The notes under the pieces were generated by a model, which was not told where the DNA came from, made no database searches, and saw nothing but the letters and a program-made list of their open reading frames with translations. From Blastocatellia bacterium (GTDB lineage Bacteria > Acidobacteriota > Blastocatellia > UBA7656), in contig CAWHTK010000005.1 of assembly GCA_963832205.1 (NCBI GenBank), positions 44,318 to 108,317 of the forward strand: a stretch of 64,000 bases of DNA. The letters run 5' to 3'. A program made the position numbers and the translations under genes. Shown here piece after piece: positions 1 through 15,595 of this stretch. Numbering within the stretch: position 1 is the first letter of the stretch; each line of letters opens with the position of its first letter.

Positions 1-4998
<4,998 letters not shown>

Positions 4999-5023
4999 TC
5001 TTCGGCCCTCTTTCCAGGCAGCT

Positions 5024-5063
5024 AAAAAATAGGGGATGGAGCCTGGCTCCATCCCCTTAATTG
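5024..5063. terminator. Bidirectional intrinsic terminator-like hairpin between convergent rpoC and protease gene
   Basis: Perfect 13-bp inverted repeat AGGGGATGGAGCC / GGCTCCATCCCCT (5031-5058) flanked by an A-run upstream and TTAATT downstream. Confidence 0.55.
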
Positions 5064-5085
5064 CTTGGAGGGGGCAGGTATTTAT

Positions 5086-6876
5086 TCAGGGCTCCAGGCT
5101 CGGGGTTAGCTCTCGAATAGTAATATTGTCCACCATGTATTTGAGCGAGCCAATGGTCTCGAAGAAAAGCTCGCTTGCCACATCGGAGCTGTGTGTGAAG
5201 GGAAGCTTCAGAGTGATTTGCTCATTCTCGGAGGCGAAATTCCATTCCAGGCGCTTCAGCTCACTGTGCAGGGTGCCAATGCGCATCAGGGCAGTGTTTG
5301 TGATCGGGCCCGCCACGTGTTTTGCCGTGAAAGTGATTTCATAGTTCCTGTTCCGGCGAAAGCTGACCTGTCTCGACAGGCGGTTAAATAAAAGCACTAT
5401 CCTCCCATCGACGACTCCACTGAAATCATTCGACCCGTTTATCCCCCAGGATGTCACGTAGCATTTGCCGACATAGTTCCACGCGCGGCGGTCGTCGGCA
5501 GTTTCAAAATCCATCGCCTTATCTTCCCGAACTATGGTCACGCTGAATACGTCTATGGGGCCGCCGGGCGAGGCGTTGATCAGCAAGCGATAGTCCGATG
5601 CGTTGCCCAGGGTCACTCGCTCTGTCATCACTGCTCCCGCGAGCCCTGGGTGAAACTTCAATGCTATGTCGCCGGGGCCAAGCCTGTCAGAGCCGGTGTC
5701 GGTCCTGAAGGTTAGATAGCCAGCCTGTTCATCAGAGTTGAGAGCGCGCATATTTACCGTCACCCTGTAGGTTGCTCCCGGCGTAAACGGGGCCGTATTC
5801 CAGAGGGGATCCGACTCGGTGATTCTGCCGCGCCAGGTTCCGCCCTCATTTATAATGAGCCCACCTCCGCCCGAACCGGGCACTACCTCCTGACGCCACT
5901 CGGAGCGTTTAAAAGGTGTGTCAAATCCTATCGTCCTGAAATCTCTGATCGGTCTGGTCATCATCCAGTCATACTCTATGGCATCAATAACCCAATTCCT
6001 GCTGCCAAAAGTATTACAGCTTGCGTCGAACAAGTTCAGGAAGTGATCGGCGTCCGTGGCGCAGCGAACATCATCGTTGCCGCAAGACGTTATGCCTATG
6101 ATCTGATTGTTGCGTTGGGCGAAAACAGGACTGCCCGAGGCCCCACCCCTGTTCTCTATATCATAGTTGGTCATCGGGCCATCAAATCCAGGGTGGATAA
6201 AATGGTCGAGGGCTTTTCCCGGAGAATAGAGTATCGTCGAACTAACCTTATTACCCCTAAAGTTATCTACCGGATTAACCCAGAAGCTGTATGCTTCATC
6301 TCCGATCATTACTGCTACAGGATCAATGTCAAGGTACCCGTACTTGATGCCGGGAGGAACGCCGTCGCTGCCGTTATCGAGCCACCACAACTGCACGTCG
6401 CCGCCGCCGGTCGCGGAATTAAAGACGGTCCACGGAAATGTGCGCGCCTGGTAAGGCTGGCTTTGTCGCTGGGCCAAATCACCAGGGGTGGCCGAGTCTT
6501 CGTCGATCCGAAAGAAGCGCACGTTTGAAGTATGTGCCGGGCCGCCACAGTGGGCAGCCGTCATGAAGATGTGTGGGGATAGCATGACGCCGCTACAGAG
6601 CCCCTGGTCAATCAACCCGATGGCAAAGCTGTTCTGCATGCGATCCGTCTTACTCGGCGCTACACCGCCCTCGTGGAACTCCCACATCGTCATGGTTCTG
6701 GGGCCGGTACTTTCAATAGCCTGGACCGGCCCTTGTTGCCGGGCTTGCGCCGGTATGATGGTGACCGTCAGGGCGATTGCGATTGCAAGATTCAATGCTG
6801 CGCGCAAATGAAATTCTCTTCTCATCCTACACCTCACTTTCTTAGACTCGGAGGTCCTCCCCGGCCTGGCCGGCAT
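5086..6876 (-). CDS. Secreted trypsin-like (S1 family) serine protease with ~300-aa C-terminal extension
   Basis: Signal-peptide-like N-terminus (MRREFHLRAALNLAIAIALTVTIIPAQA, likely true start ~6828); His motif MTAAHCGG; Ser motif GGASGSPVF (GDSGGP-like); long C-terminal domain of unknown function. Confidence 0.6.
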   Translation of the reverse strand: MPARPGRTSESKKVRCRMRREFHLRAALNLAIAIALTVTIIPAQARQQGPVQAIESTGPRTMTMWEFHEGGVAPSKTDRMQNSFAIGLIDQGLCSGVMLSPHIFMTAAHCGGPAHTSNVRFFRIDEDSATPGDLAQRQSQPYQARTFPWTVFNSATGGGDVQLWWLDNGSDGVPPGIKYGYLDIDPVAVMIGDEAYSFWVNPVDNFRGNKVSSTILYSPGKALDHFIHPGFDGPMTNYDIENRGGASGSPVFAQRNNQIIGITSCGNDDVRCATDADHFLNLFDASCNTFGSRNWVIDAIEYDWMMTRPIRDFRTIGFDTPFKRSEWRQEVVPGSGGGGLIINEGGTWRGRITESDPLWNTAPFTPGATYRVTVNMRALNSDEQAGYLTFRTDTGSDRLGPGDIALKFHPGLAGAVMTERVTLGNASDYRLLINASPGGPIDVFSVTIVREDKAMDFETADDRRAWNYVGKCYVTSWGINGSNDFSGVVDGRIVLLFNRLSRQVSFRRNRNYEITFTAKHVAGPITNTALMRIGTLHSELKRLEWNFASENEQITLKLPFTHSSDVASELFFETIGSLKYMVDNITIRELTPSLEP

Positions 6877-6900
6877 GCGGGGAGGACCACGCTCAAGCCG

Positions 6901-9156
6901 CTAGAAGACGACCAGTGTAAAAGCGCTGTCTACGAGCGCCCAACCGGCTGAAGGAGTGGCCCCTATTGACCAGGTCCGAACTTTGATCTGGTTGGGGGCG
7001 AGGAATTCGATTGTGGCCGAAATCCCGAAGTTGCCGCTCGACTGAGGGGTGACGACAACGAAGCGGTCGTTGACCGGAAAAGGAAAAGTGATTATAGATT
7101 CGCCGGGCCCGCCCGGCCCTACCGCGCGGGTGAATCCATTGCAAGTATTAACGGCGGCGGCAAACGTAAACTCGGTAGCCTGAAAACAACTGGGCCCGCT
7201 CGCCTCGTATCGAAACATGGCTTTGACCCATCCGCCTTTCTCCCTGTATTGAATCACATTCCCGTTTGCCCGCACGGCGAATCCGTTTATCGTCGATCCG
7301 AAGACGCCTATACCATTTGTCGATTCGCCTACTACGCCATGTCCGTTGTTGGCCGTGCCTGCCACGCCGGTTCCAACGTCGCTCGTTGTTTCTCCGACGA
7401 TGCCATGCAGACCCGTGCTGCGAGTCCTTATGCCTGTTCCTGAATTATCTATGGTCAGGACAGCGCCGACTGATTGTGCGCTGAGCAATAGCGGAACGGT
7501 GAGTTTTGATCCGCTCACCGACTGTGGCGCAAGTTTTTCGGCAGTCACCGCAAGATTGTCTATCTGTGGTGTCCCTATCGAGAGCGCCCCGAGATGCTCG
7601 CCATGAATCGCGCCGTCGGCAATCTGCTCGCGGCTTATGGTCTTATCGGCAATCTGTTCCTTTCTTATCGTTTTGTCGGCGATCTTATCGCTTGTGACGG
7701 CTTTTGCGCCGAGCTTGCGTACAGTCACAGCCTCATCGGCGAGCTTTGTCACGGTGACGGCATTATCGTCGAGCTTTTCATCGGTTATCGACTTGGGCGC
7801 TATCTTGCGGACGGTCACGGCCTCGTCGGCAAGCTTATCGACCGTGACCGCGCTGTTGTCGAGCTTCTCTTCGGTCACGGCCTTATCGTCGAGCTTTTCC
7901 CTGGTCACAGCTTTGAGCGCGAGCTTCTTGTCGGTCACGGTAGAGTCGGCGAGCTTGTCGGCTGGAATCTCGCCCGCGATGTGTGTGGGGCCGACACTAT
8001 TTTCGGCCAGGTGCATACCTTTGACAGCCCCGCCGCCGATATGCTGCGAGCCTACGGAATTCTCTGCTATGTGTTGGCCTGCGACGGCCGCCGGCGCAAG
8101 ATGCGCGCTCGCGACTGCCTGCGGAGCTATGTGCGTGCCTGCGACGGCCTGGGCGCCAATATGCTGCCCCCGTACTGCTTGCGGAGCTATCTTCGCGGCA
8201 GTCATGGCACTGTCGGCTACCATAAAAGTCTCGACGCCTTGCTCGGCTATTCCGAGCTTAACCATGCCGCCGGTCCCGCCTCCGTCAAGGCCGGTTGACG
8301 CTACAACTCCGGTGACCGACCCATCCGTGTCCCCTATAGCTGCTGTTGTCTGTATGCTCCCGTCGGGGAATTTTATCCCGCCCGTAGTGGAATGAATTAA
8401 TCCCGCTACTTCGAGAAACGAGTTCGGATTACTCGTGCCAATTCCCGTGAGGCCCTCGCTTGTAATCCACAGGCGGTTCTTGTTACCGGTTCTAATCCCG
8501 AGCGGGTGATTCGAGACTGTCCCAAATAGCCCATTTATGTTGTCTTGAAAGATAAGCGCTTCGCCTCCACTTGCGCTCTTGACTACTATGGACGAGCCCC
8601 CTTCCTCCTGCACCATAAGAGTACCGCCGGCCGTCAGCGGCGCGGCCCCTCCGGTTCCTACATGCAGGCGGGCGAGCGGATTCTGTGTGCCCAGCCCCAT
8701 ACGTGGAGTTCTTATCTTGTAAGGGTTATCACCTTGATCTACATCCCAGTCTTCTACTCCCTGCGTTTTTACGGTGGCGGACAGACCGCCCGCGGAAGCG
8801 ACCGACTCGCGCTTGTGGCCGAGTATTATATTGCCGCTCTGTTTCTGTATGCTGCCCGATTCATCAATAAAAGTTATCGTGTAGGAGTAGATGCCTTCAG
8901 CAGCAGGCTCGCCCGTAAGGTCATTCTTTAACCAATCTACAATCTGTGCCTTAACGGTCCCGCTATCATAGACCATATCGCCCGAGGCATTTGACACCTC
9001 TATACGGTGCGCCCGGCTGTTGTCAGGCAAAGCAAAACGAACAATGTTGCGGGATAGCGTAATACTGACTTCTTTACTTTCTGATTGTGAAAAGCCATAG
9101 ATCGAAATCAGCATTACCAATATTAGGCTAAGAACGCATTGTGATTTTCGCATCAT
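6901..9156 (-). CDS. Secreted fibrous/adhesin-like protein with ~23 tandem decapeptide repeats
   Basis: N-terminal signal peptide MMRKSQCVLSLILVMLISIYGFSQS. Central run of 10-aa units, first (I/L)A(P/E)xAVxGxH x7, then xLADxAVTxx x~14 (e.g. KLADEAVTVR, KLGAKAVTSD, KIADKTIRKE). Gly-rich segment and C-terminal globular domain. 24-nt gap to the protease gene on the same strand. Confidence 0.5.
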   Translation of the reverse strand: MMRKSQCVLSLILVMLISIYGFSQSESKEVSITLSRNIVRFALPDNSRAHRIEVSNASGDMVYDSGTVKAQIVDWLKNDLTGEPAAEGIYSYTITFIDESGSIQKQSGNIILGHKRESVASAGGLSATVKTQGVEDWDVDQGDNPYKIRTPRMGLGTQNPLARLHVGTGGAAPLTAGGTLMVQEEGGSSIVVKSASGGEALIFQDNINGLFGTVSNHPLGIRTGNKNRLWITSEGLTGIGTSNPNSFLEVAGLIHSTTGGIKFPDGSIQTTAAIGDTDGSVTGVVASTGLDGGGTGGMVKLGIAEQGVETFMVADSAMTAAKIAPQAVRGQHIGAQAVAGTHIAPQAVASAHLAPAAVAGQHIAENSVGSQHIGGGAVKGMHLAENSVGPTHIAGEIPADKLADSTVTDKKLALKAVTREKLDDKAVTEEKLDNSAVTVDKLADEAVTVRKIAPKSITDEKLDDNAVTVTKLADEAVTVRKLGAKAVTSDKIADKTIRKEQIADKTISREQIADGAIHGEHLGALSIGTPQIDNLAVTAEKLAPQSVSGSKLTVPLLLSAQSVGAVLTIDNSGTGIRTRSTGLHGIVGETTSDVGTGVAGTANNGHGVVGESTNGIGVFGSTINGFAVRANGNVIQYREKGGWVKAMFRYEASGPSCFQATEFTFAAAVNTCNGFTRAVGPGGPGESIITFPFPVNDRFVVVTPQSSGNFGISATIEFLAPNQIKVRTWSIGATPSAGWALVDSAFTLVVF
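7590..8290. repeat. 30-bp tandem DNA repeats (coding decapeptide repeats of the 6901-9156 gene)
   Basis: Units such as gtcacggccttatcgtcgagcttttccctg / gtcacagctttgagcgcgagcttcttgtcg / gtcacggtagagtcggcgagcttgtcggct recur with 30-bp period. Both strands give long repetitive ORFs (7594-8298, 7637-8395 are antisense artefacts). Confidence 0.65.
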
Positions 9157-9490
9157 ATCTTTCTCCTAAGACTCGCCTGGGCAGGCCGGCAATAGAGCGC
9201 GGACGGATGGCCTGCTTTAGGTGGATGGCCTTGTTGCAGGTGATCGAAAATACCGGGCGCATGCCCGATGCATAAGAGCCGCCCGCCGTTGTCGAAGCGG
9301 TTCGGGCGGTTTTTCATATATTCTGAAAGGCAGGTATGTTACATTTGTGGCGCTTTTCTCATCTTTAATTTTCGTCTACATTAAGATGAGGAGCGGCCCA
9401 GCGATCGGTGGTGTTAACTACCCGGCCTCGCTAGGCAGGTTAGTTTATATGTTCTTAGAAGTCCTTAATTAATTCTAAAAGAACCCTAAA

Positions 9491-10964
9491 ATGAATATAA
9501 GAGCACGGGCTGGCTGCCTGTACGAGTTTGGACCCTTCAGACTTAATACCGCGGAGCGATTGCTGATGCGAGACGGTCAGGCTGTGCCGCTTACCGAAAA
9601 AGCCTTTAACGCGCTTGCGATGCTGATAGAAAACAGCGGGCATCTGCTGGAGAGGGAGGAGATGCTGACCGCTATCTGGCACGACAGCTTTGTCGAAGAA
9701 GCAAACCTTACTGTCACTATCTCAGCAGTCAGAAAGGCGCTGGGCGAGCAGGCCGGACGGGCAATCATATATAGAGACAGTGCCGAAACGTGGCTATCGC
9801 TTTGTGGCCGAGGTAAGTCTGCTGGATGAAGGGAGAGAGTTACTTACCCAGAGGCAGCGTGGCCCGGCAGATGATGAGCGCTCAACCGGCAGGCCGGTTA
9901 TGCTCTCCAGCCAGACGACCCTCCCGGCCTGGCACCTGGACCCCGTGGGCGGGGCAATCCGGCTGGATTCAATTTTCTACATTGCTCGCCCCGCTGATCA
10001 TGAATTTCACTGCGCGGTATCGCGCGGCGATAGTATCGTGCTTATCAAAGGCCCGCGGCAGGTCGGGAAAACTTCTCTGCTGGCTCGCACCCTTCAACTG
10101 GCGAGGGATTCCGGGGCCAAAGTCGTCGTGACGGATTTTCAGGCATTCACCTCCAGAGACCTTGAGAGCACGGATAACCTGTTATTAGCCATGGCCAATT
10201 ACATCGCCGAGCAGCTTGATTTGGATGTGCTTCCTGCCCAGGTATGGGTTGCGGAGCGAGGCCCCGGCATAAACTTGGAGCGATATCTAAGGCGCGAAGT
10301 GCTGGGTCGTATATCTTCGCCAATTGTCTGGGGACTGGACGAGATAGACAGGCTTTTTTCGTACAGCTTCGCAAGCGAGGTGTTCGGCCTTTTTCGCTCA
10401 TGGCATAACAAACGCGCACTTGAGCCGGTTGGCCCCTGGCGCAATCTCACGCTGGCAATTGCATACGCCACGGAAGCCCATCTGCTTATCACGGACGTGA
10501 ACCAGTCGCCGTTCAATGTCGGCACCTGTTTCACACTTGAGGATTTTACAATCGAGCAGGTATCTGAACTCAATCGCAGGTACGGCGCGCCGCTTGTGGA
10601 TGCCTCTGATCTGGCGACATTCTTTAACCTCGTGGGCGGCCATCCGTTCTTGTCTCACCGGGGGATATATGAGATGGCCGAGCATGCCATCAAGATTAAT
10701 GAGCTGCAAGAAAGCGGCGCGAGTGACCAGAGTCCATTCGGAGATCACCTGCGCCGGTTGGCCCTCTCTTTGTCGCGCGATTCGAAACTCTTGCAAGCAG
10801 TGCGCGATGTCATTGAAGGGCGGCAGTGTCCCGGCGCCGAGACCTTCTATCGTCTGCGTAGCGCCGGTGTCTTGTCGGGAGAGACGACGCGCGCATGCCG
10901 GCTCCGCTGTCAACTCTACGCTGCTTACTTGCGGAATCACTTTTTCGAGGGCGAACGGCAATGA
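9491..10964 (+). CDS. CadC/OmpR-type winged-helix DNA-binding domain fused to AAA_35-like P-loop NTPase; frame broken near 9755-9765
   Basis: ORF 9491-9829 holds the N-terminal part of a trans_reg_C wHTH (...[54 protein letters not shown]). ORF 9690-10964 in another frame continues with the canonical wHTH end [17 protein letters not shown], then Walker [18 protein letters not shown] and Walker [16 protein letters not shown] stop overlaps the ATG of the next gene (ATGA). Confidence 0.6.
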
Positions 10965-13900
10965 CGAAGCAAGTGCCGTCGATAACCCACGTATCCGCGC
11001 TGCCTTTTTACATCGCGGGTGGCACATTGCGCCACGACGCGGCCTGCTACGTTGTTCGAAGGGCTGATGACTATTTGTATAGCGTGCTGGCGCGAGGAGA
11101 TTTCTGCTATGTGCTCACTTCGCGGCAGATGGGAAAATCTTCCTTGATGGTCCGCACCGCGATGCGGTTCAGGGAAGAATCGGCGGGTGTGGTAGTTTTG
11201 GACCTGACTGCGATCGGGCAGAACATGACAGCCGAACAGTGGTATGACGGATTGCTCGCGATGATGGGAACGCAATTGGACCTGGAGGATGAGCTTGATC
11301 AGTTCTGGAGAACGAGCTACAGGCTAGGCCCAATGCAGCGGTGGGCGCGGGCGATTCAAGAAGTTGTGCTGCCAAGGTATCTGGGGCCGGTGATAATCTT
11401 TATTGATGAGATTGACGCCGTGCTAAGCCTGCCTTTCTCTACCGACGAATTCTTTGCAGGCATACGAGAGTTCTATAACCGCAGAACTCAAAACCGTGAC
11501 CTTGCCCGACTGACGTTCTGCTTGCTGGGCGTAGCTTCACCCTCGGACCTGATACGCGAGACTCGCACAACTCCGTTCAACGTAGGATACCGGATTGAGC
11601 TGACGGACTTCACCGACGGCGAGGCTGCTCCCATCGCGCGCGGGTTCAATCGCCGGGAGCGGTCGGCGGCCGCATTGCTACAGCGCATTCTTTACTGGAC
11701 GGGCGGGCACCCATATCTGACGCAACGGTTATGTCAGGTAGTGGCGAAAGATGCGGAGGCCATGGGCCCGGGCGACATTGATCGTTTTTGTGAAGAATTG
11801 TTCTTCTCGCACCGGGCGCAAGAGCGGGATGATAATCTGCTCTTTGTGCGAGAGCGATTGCTGAGAAGCGAAGCTGATCCCGCAGCTCTGCTCGGAATGT
11901 ATAGCAAAGTGCGCGCGGGCAAGCGGGTGGTTGACGAAGAGGAAAGCGCCCTTGCCGATATACTCAGGCTGTCAGGAGTTGCAAAGGTGGAGGGGGGAGC
12001 GCTTCGAGTCCGAAACCGTATATACGCGCGGGTCTTTGACCAGAAGTGGATCAGGGCCAATATGCCCGATGCCGAGCTGCGCCGACAGCGGGCCGCATAC
12101 CGTCGCGGCCTTGCGCGCGCCGCCGCCATTGCTGCCGTCATTATTCTCATAATAGCCGCGCTTGCGATGGTGGCGCTCAAGCAGCGCGACGAAGCCGAGC
12201 GGGCGCGATTGGAGGCGCAGAGACAGCAGAAAATCTCGAAGTCGCGCGAGCTGGCCGCCCGCTCTATCGCGTTGTTGGCGAGCGATCCCGAGTTGAGCCT
12301 GTTACTGGCTAGCCAGGCAGTTGAACGCTTTGCTTACACGACCGAAGCGGCAGATGCCATGAGGCGGTCGTTGCGTGAATCGCACGTCAGCTTAGTACTG
12401 CGCGGTCACAAGGGATGGGTTTGCAGCGCCTCCTTCAGTCCCGACGGCAAGCTGATAGCCACTTGCGGTGCCGACCGTATGGTGCGGCTGTGGGATGCAA
12501 GCACCGGACAGATGCTTGCGGAAATGAGCGGTCACACGAATCTCGTTTACTCGCTATCTTCAGCCCCGACGGCAAGTTTCTGGTGACGAGCGGATTCGAT
12601 AAGACGGCCCGGCTCTGGGACGTTGGCTCCAGGCGATGTGTAGCCGTGCTGGCAGGGCACACTAGAAACGTGCATCATCCGGTCTTCAGCCCCGATGGCA
12701 GTATCATCGTATCGTGCAGCGTTGACGACACTGCGCGCGTATGGGAGACAAGCACCGGACAAATGCTTGAAGTGCTCAGAGGGCATATAGGGGAAGTGAG
12801 GAAGGCTACCTTCAGTCATGACGGTAAGATACTGATCACGACAGGCTTTGATAAGACGGCGCGAGTGTGGAACGTAAAGACCTGGAAGACGCTGGCGGTG
12901 CTGAAAGGTCATACGGACAACGTTATCAACGCCGATTTCAGCCCCGATGATAAGATGATGATAACGACCAGCACTGATCAGACCGGTCGGGTCTGGGATA
13001 CAAATACCTGGCAATGTATAAGCGTATTGGGCGGACAGGCGGGCGAGATGATGAACGCCTCGTTCAGCTCTGATGGTAAAGTGGCGCTCACCGCAAGTTA
13101 TAGCGATACGGTGAATATATGGAATACAAAGACGTGGCAAAGCGAAAGGGAGTTGAAGGGCCACAAAAGCGGGGTGCGAAGCGTTGTGATAAGTTCCGAC
13201 AACAAGCTTGCCGTGACAGCCAGCGAAGACGGCACGGCGCGAGTGTGGGAGATGAGTACGGGAAAGAGTATTAAAGAGTTGCGCGGGCACACGGGAGGTG
13301 TTACAGAGTGCCACATTCAGCCCGGACAATAGGTTTGTTCTTACCTCTAGCGTTGACGGGACGGCGCGAGTGTGGGACATCGAATGGGGGAGTTTCAGAA
13401 CAGAGATGCTTGGGCACCAGGACAGTATTTTCAGCATAAACTATAGCCCTGATGGCAAGCTCGTTGTTACCTCGAGCGCGGACCAAACGGTGCGGGTGTG
13501 GAATGCCACCATAGGCGAGTCTTTAAGTGTGCTGCGCCACCCGGATTGGGTCTTTACGGCGGATTTCAGCCCGGATGGCAGGTTGTTGGTAACGGCGTGT
13601 CGTGATGGTGTGGCGCGTGTCTGGGAGGTGGATGAAGACCGAATTGTTATGGAACTGCGCGGCCACACAGAGCCATTGATCACCGCCGCATTCAGCCCCG
13701 ACGGGAAACTTATTGTTACTACGAGCCTGGATAAAACGGCGCGAATCTGGGACGCAGCCACCGGAGAGCTATTGCGGGAACTTCGGGGGCACACCCAGCC
13801 GCTTACATTTGCGCAATTCAGCCCCGACCTCAATCTCCTTGCTACTTCGAGCGAGGATTTGACGACCAGGGTATGGGAAGTCGGCACCGGCCAGTGTCTG

Positions 13901-14362
13901 GCCGTACTAGGTGCGCATACGGCCCATGTGTTATCAATGGCTTTCAGTCCTGACGGGCGCTTTATGGCCACCGCGAGCGCTGACAGCACTGCGAGGATAT
14001 GGGACGTGACAACGTGGCAAACATCGGTAGAGTTAACCGGGCACACTCACAATTTAAATAGCATTGTATATGATACCGAGGGCAGATTCATTCTAACGGC
14101 GAGCCTGGACGGCACTGCGCGTGTGTGGGAGGCGCAAACCGGGGAGGCAATCGACGAGATGAGAGTATGGCCCTGGGTTGCGGCATTCAGCCCCGATGGG
14201 CAGTTCGTGGCGACGGCAGGCGGAACTGTTGTGAGGGTATATCCTTGCGAGTTGTGCCGTCCGTTCGATGAGTTGATTGCGCTTGCCCGCTCACGCGTGA
14301 CACGACAATTAACGGCCGAAGAGCAGCAGAAATACCTGAAAGATTCGGTGAGCGACCAATAA
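10961..14362 (+). CDS. AAA_35-like P-loop NTPase / single TM helix / coiled coil / 14-15 WD40 repeats; frame broken near 12560 and 13305
   Basis: [11 protein letters not shown]... start overlaps upstream stop (ATGA). Walker [16 protein letters not shown], Walker [15 protein letters not shown] helix [21 protein letters not shown] then charged coiled coil. Repeated GHTxxVxSxxFSPDGKxLVTxSxDxTARVWD units across ORFs 10895-12586, 12415-13332 and 13298-14362. Single-base corrections (e.g. removing one a in ggtgttacagagtgcc gives ...[14 protein letters not shown]...) join them into one ~1130-aa protein. Confidence 0.6.
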
Positions 14363-14383
14363 GCTTGCCGACGCGGTGGTCTG

Positions 14384-14998
14384 CTATTCTTTGTAAACGG
14401 CGGCCGCAAGCTCTGTTTGCGGGGTGAAGGTGCCAGACGCCGCATCCACTATCCACTCCGCGCGGTGCTCGGTCTCATCAGTTTCGCGGAAGGAGAAGAC
14501 TATGACAAACTTGCCCCCCTGCCTGGAGGTGACGGCCCAGCCCTGATAACTCTGCAGGTTGCCGACCCGCCTCGATCTCTCCACCTCCTTCATCAGCCGC
14601 TGATCGACGCTTAGCCCTTCTTGGAGCGAGGGAGAATTGCGAAGTTTTTCCAACACGGCCATTGACGTCTCCACGTCGGCCTGCTGGCCGGGCAGCAACT
14701 GGTCTCCAAACACGTATAGAACCAGACCGACGACAAGCGCGGCCAGCCCGACCCCTAGCATAAGCGCCAATCTCTTTGCCCGCTTGCTCGTGTCATTGGG
14801 GGCCGGTCCTCGGCCGCTGCGCTCGCCTCGACCTTTAGCCCTTGCCGGTGCGGGGCGCGGGGCATTCTGCTCTTGCAAAGCAGTATTGGTCTTTGGCCTG
14901 GGAAGATTGCAATCGGGACAGTGTGTGTCGTCGGCGGAAAAAACATTCTGGCATCTCGGGCATCTCATTGGCAGACCTCGGCGCAAAATAAACTCCAT
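14384..14998 (-). CDS. Zinc-ribbon / Pro-rich linker / single-TM protein with ~100-aa C-terminal extracytoplasmic domain
   Basis: MRCPRCQNVFSADDTHCPDCNLP (C4 ribbon), Pro/Arg-rich linker, TM helix LALMLGVGLAALVVGLVLYVF; convergent with the WD40 gene. Confidence 0.5.
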   Translation of the reverse strand: MEFILRRGLPMRCPRCQNVFSADDTHCPDCNLPRPKTNTALQEQNAPRPAPARAKGRGERSGRGPAPNDTSKRAKRLALMLGVGLAALVVGLVLYVFGDQLLPGQQADVETSMAVLEKLRNSPSLQEGLSVDQRLMKEVERSRRVGNLQSYQGWAVTSRQGGKFVIVFSFRETDETEHRAEWIVDAASGTFTPQTELAAAVYKE

Positions 14999-15595
14999 AG
15001 ATTATAAGCACGCGCCAGGCCACTTCCCCGGCATCATCGGAATGACCGGTATGGGGAAGATACTGGCGAATACTAAAGTTTTATTGCTCGCCCGACGGCG
15101 CCGAGCCCGCACGGGTGACGGATTCTGTCAGCGAGGGAAGATTTTGTCATTCCGGATCACTCGGCCGAGGCGTTTCAGGCTTGATCGAGTCGAGTCACCG
15201 GTGCCGGGGTTGACAAGATTTTGATCAATCGCTATAGTTTACCGTTTGGTGCGGCAATGCTTTTTGGTTCTGGTATTACTGCGGAGGCGTTGCCGTTGAT
15301 TGAAGCAAGTCTGGATTGAACGTTATTGTGGCGTAAAAGGGGGCGGCAATCACGCTGCCTTCCCGATACCAAATGTTATTCACCTGAGATCACGCCACAG
15401 ATAAGTTAGGCCGAGGGGAGGCCGTATCCGCAGCAGCATTTCAGAACTTCCCCATTAATTAAATCACTTGAGCCCGATAGGGTGGGTGCGCGCATCGCGG
15501 CCCGTTTTGTTATTGCGCGTTCCAAAATCACCCGATGAGGTTCCTCATATTGGAAGGGGCGCTGCCTTGAGCGGCAAGTTGAGAGGAGTTAGAGC
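14999..15595 (+). promoter_or_regulatory. ~600-nt non-coding leader/promoter region upstream of rpsL (str operon)
   Basis: No credible ORF (14637-15224 + ORF overlaps the better-supported minus-strand Zn-ribbon gene); SD-like GAGAGGAG precedes the GTG start of rpsL. Confidence 0.4.

Noticed and set aside
7590-8290. The 30-bp tandem repeat array considered as a CRISPR array
   Set aside because: The repeats are directly adjacent with no unique spacers, have a 30-bp rather than ~60-70-bp period, and lie inside a protein-coding gene whose translation is periodic.
7594-8395. Plus-strand ORFs 7594-8298 and 7637-8395 with repetitive translations
   Set aside because: They are antisense to the decapeptide-repeat gene. 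The 30-bp tandem DNA repeats keep every frame open. The minus-strand gene has a signal peptide and a coherent domain structure.
14637-15224. Plus-strand 195-aa ORF overlapping the Zn-ribbon/TM gene
   Set aside because: It is a low-complexity Arg/Pro-rich product. The opposite-strand gene has a clear C4 ribbon plus TM helix architecture.
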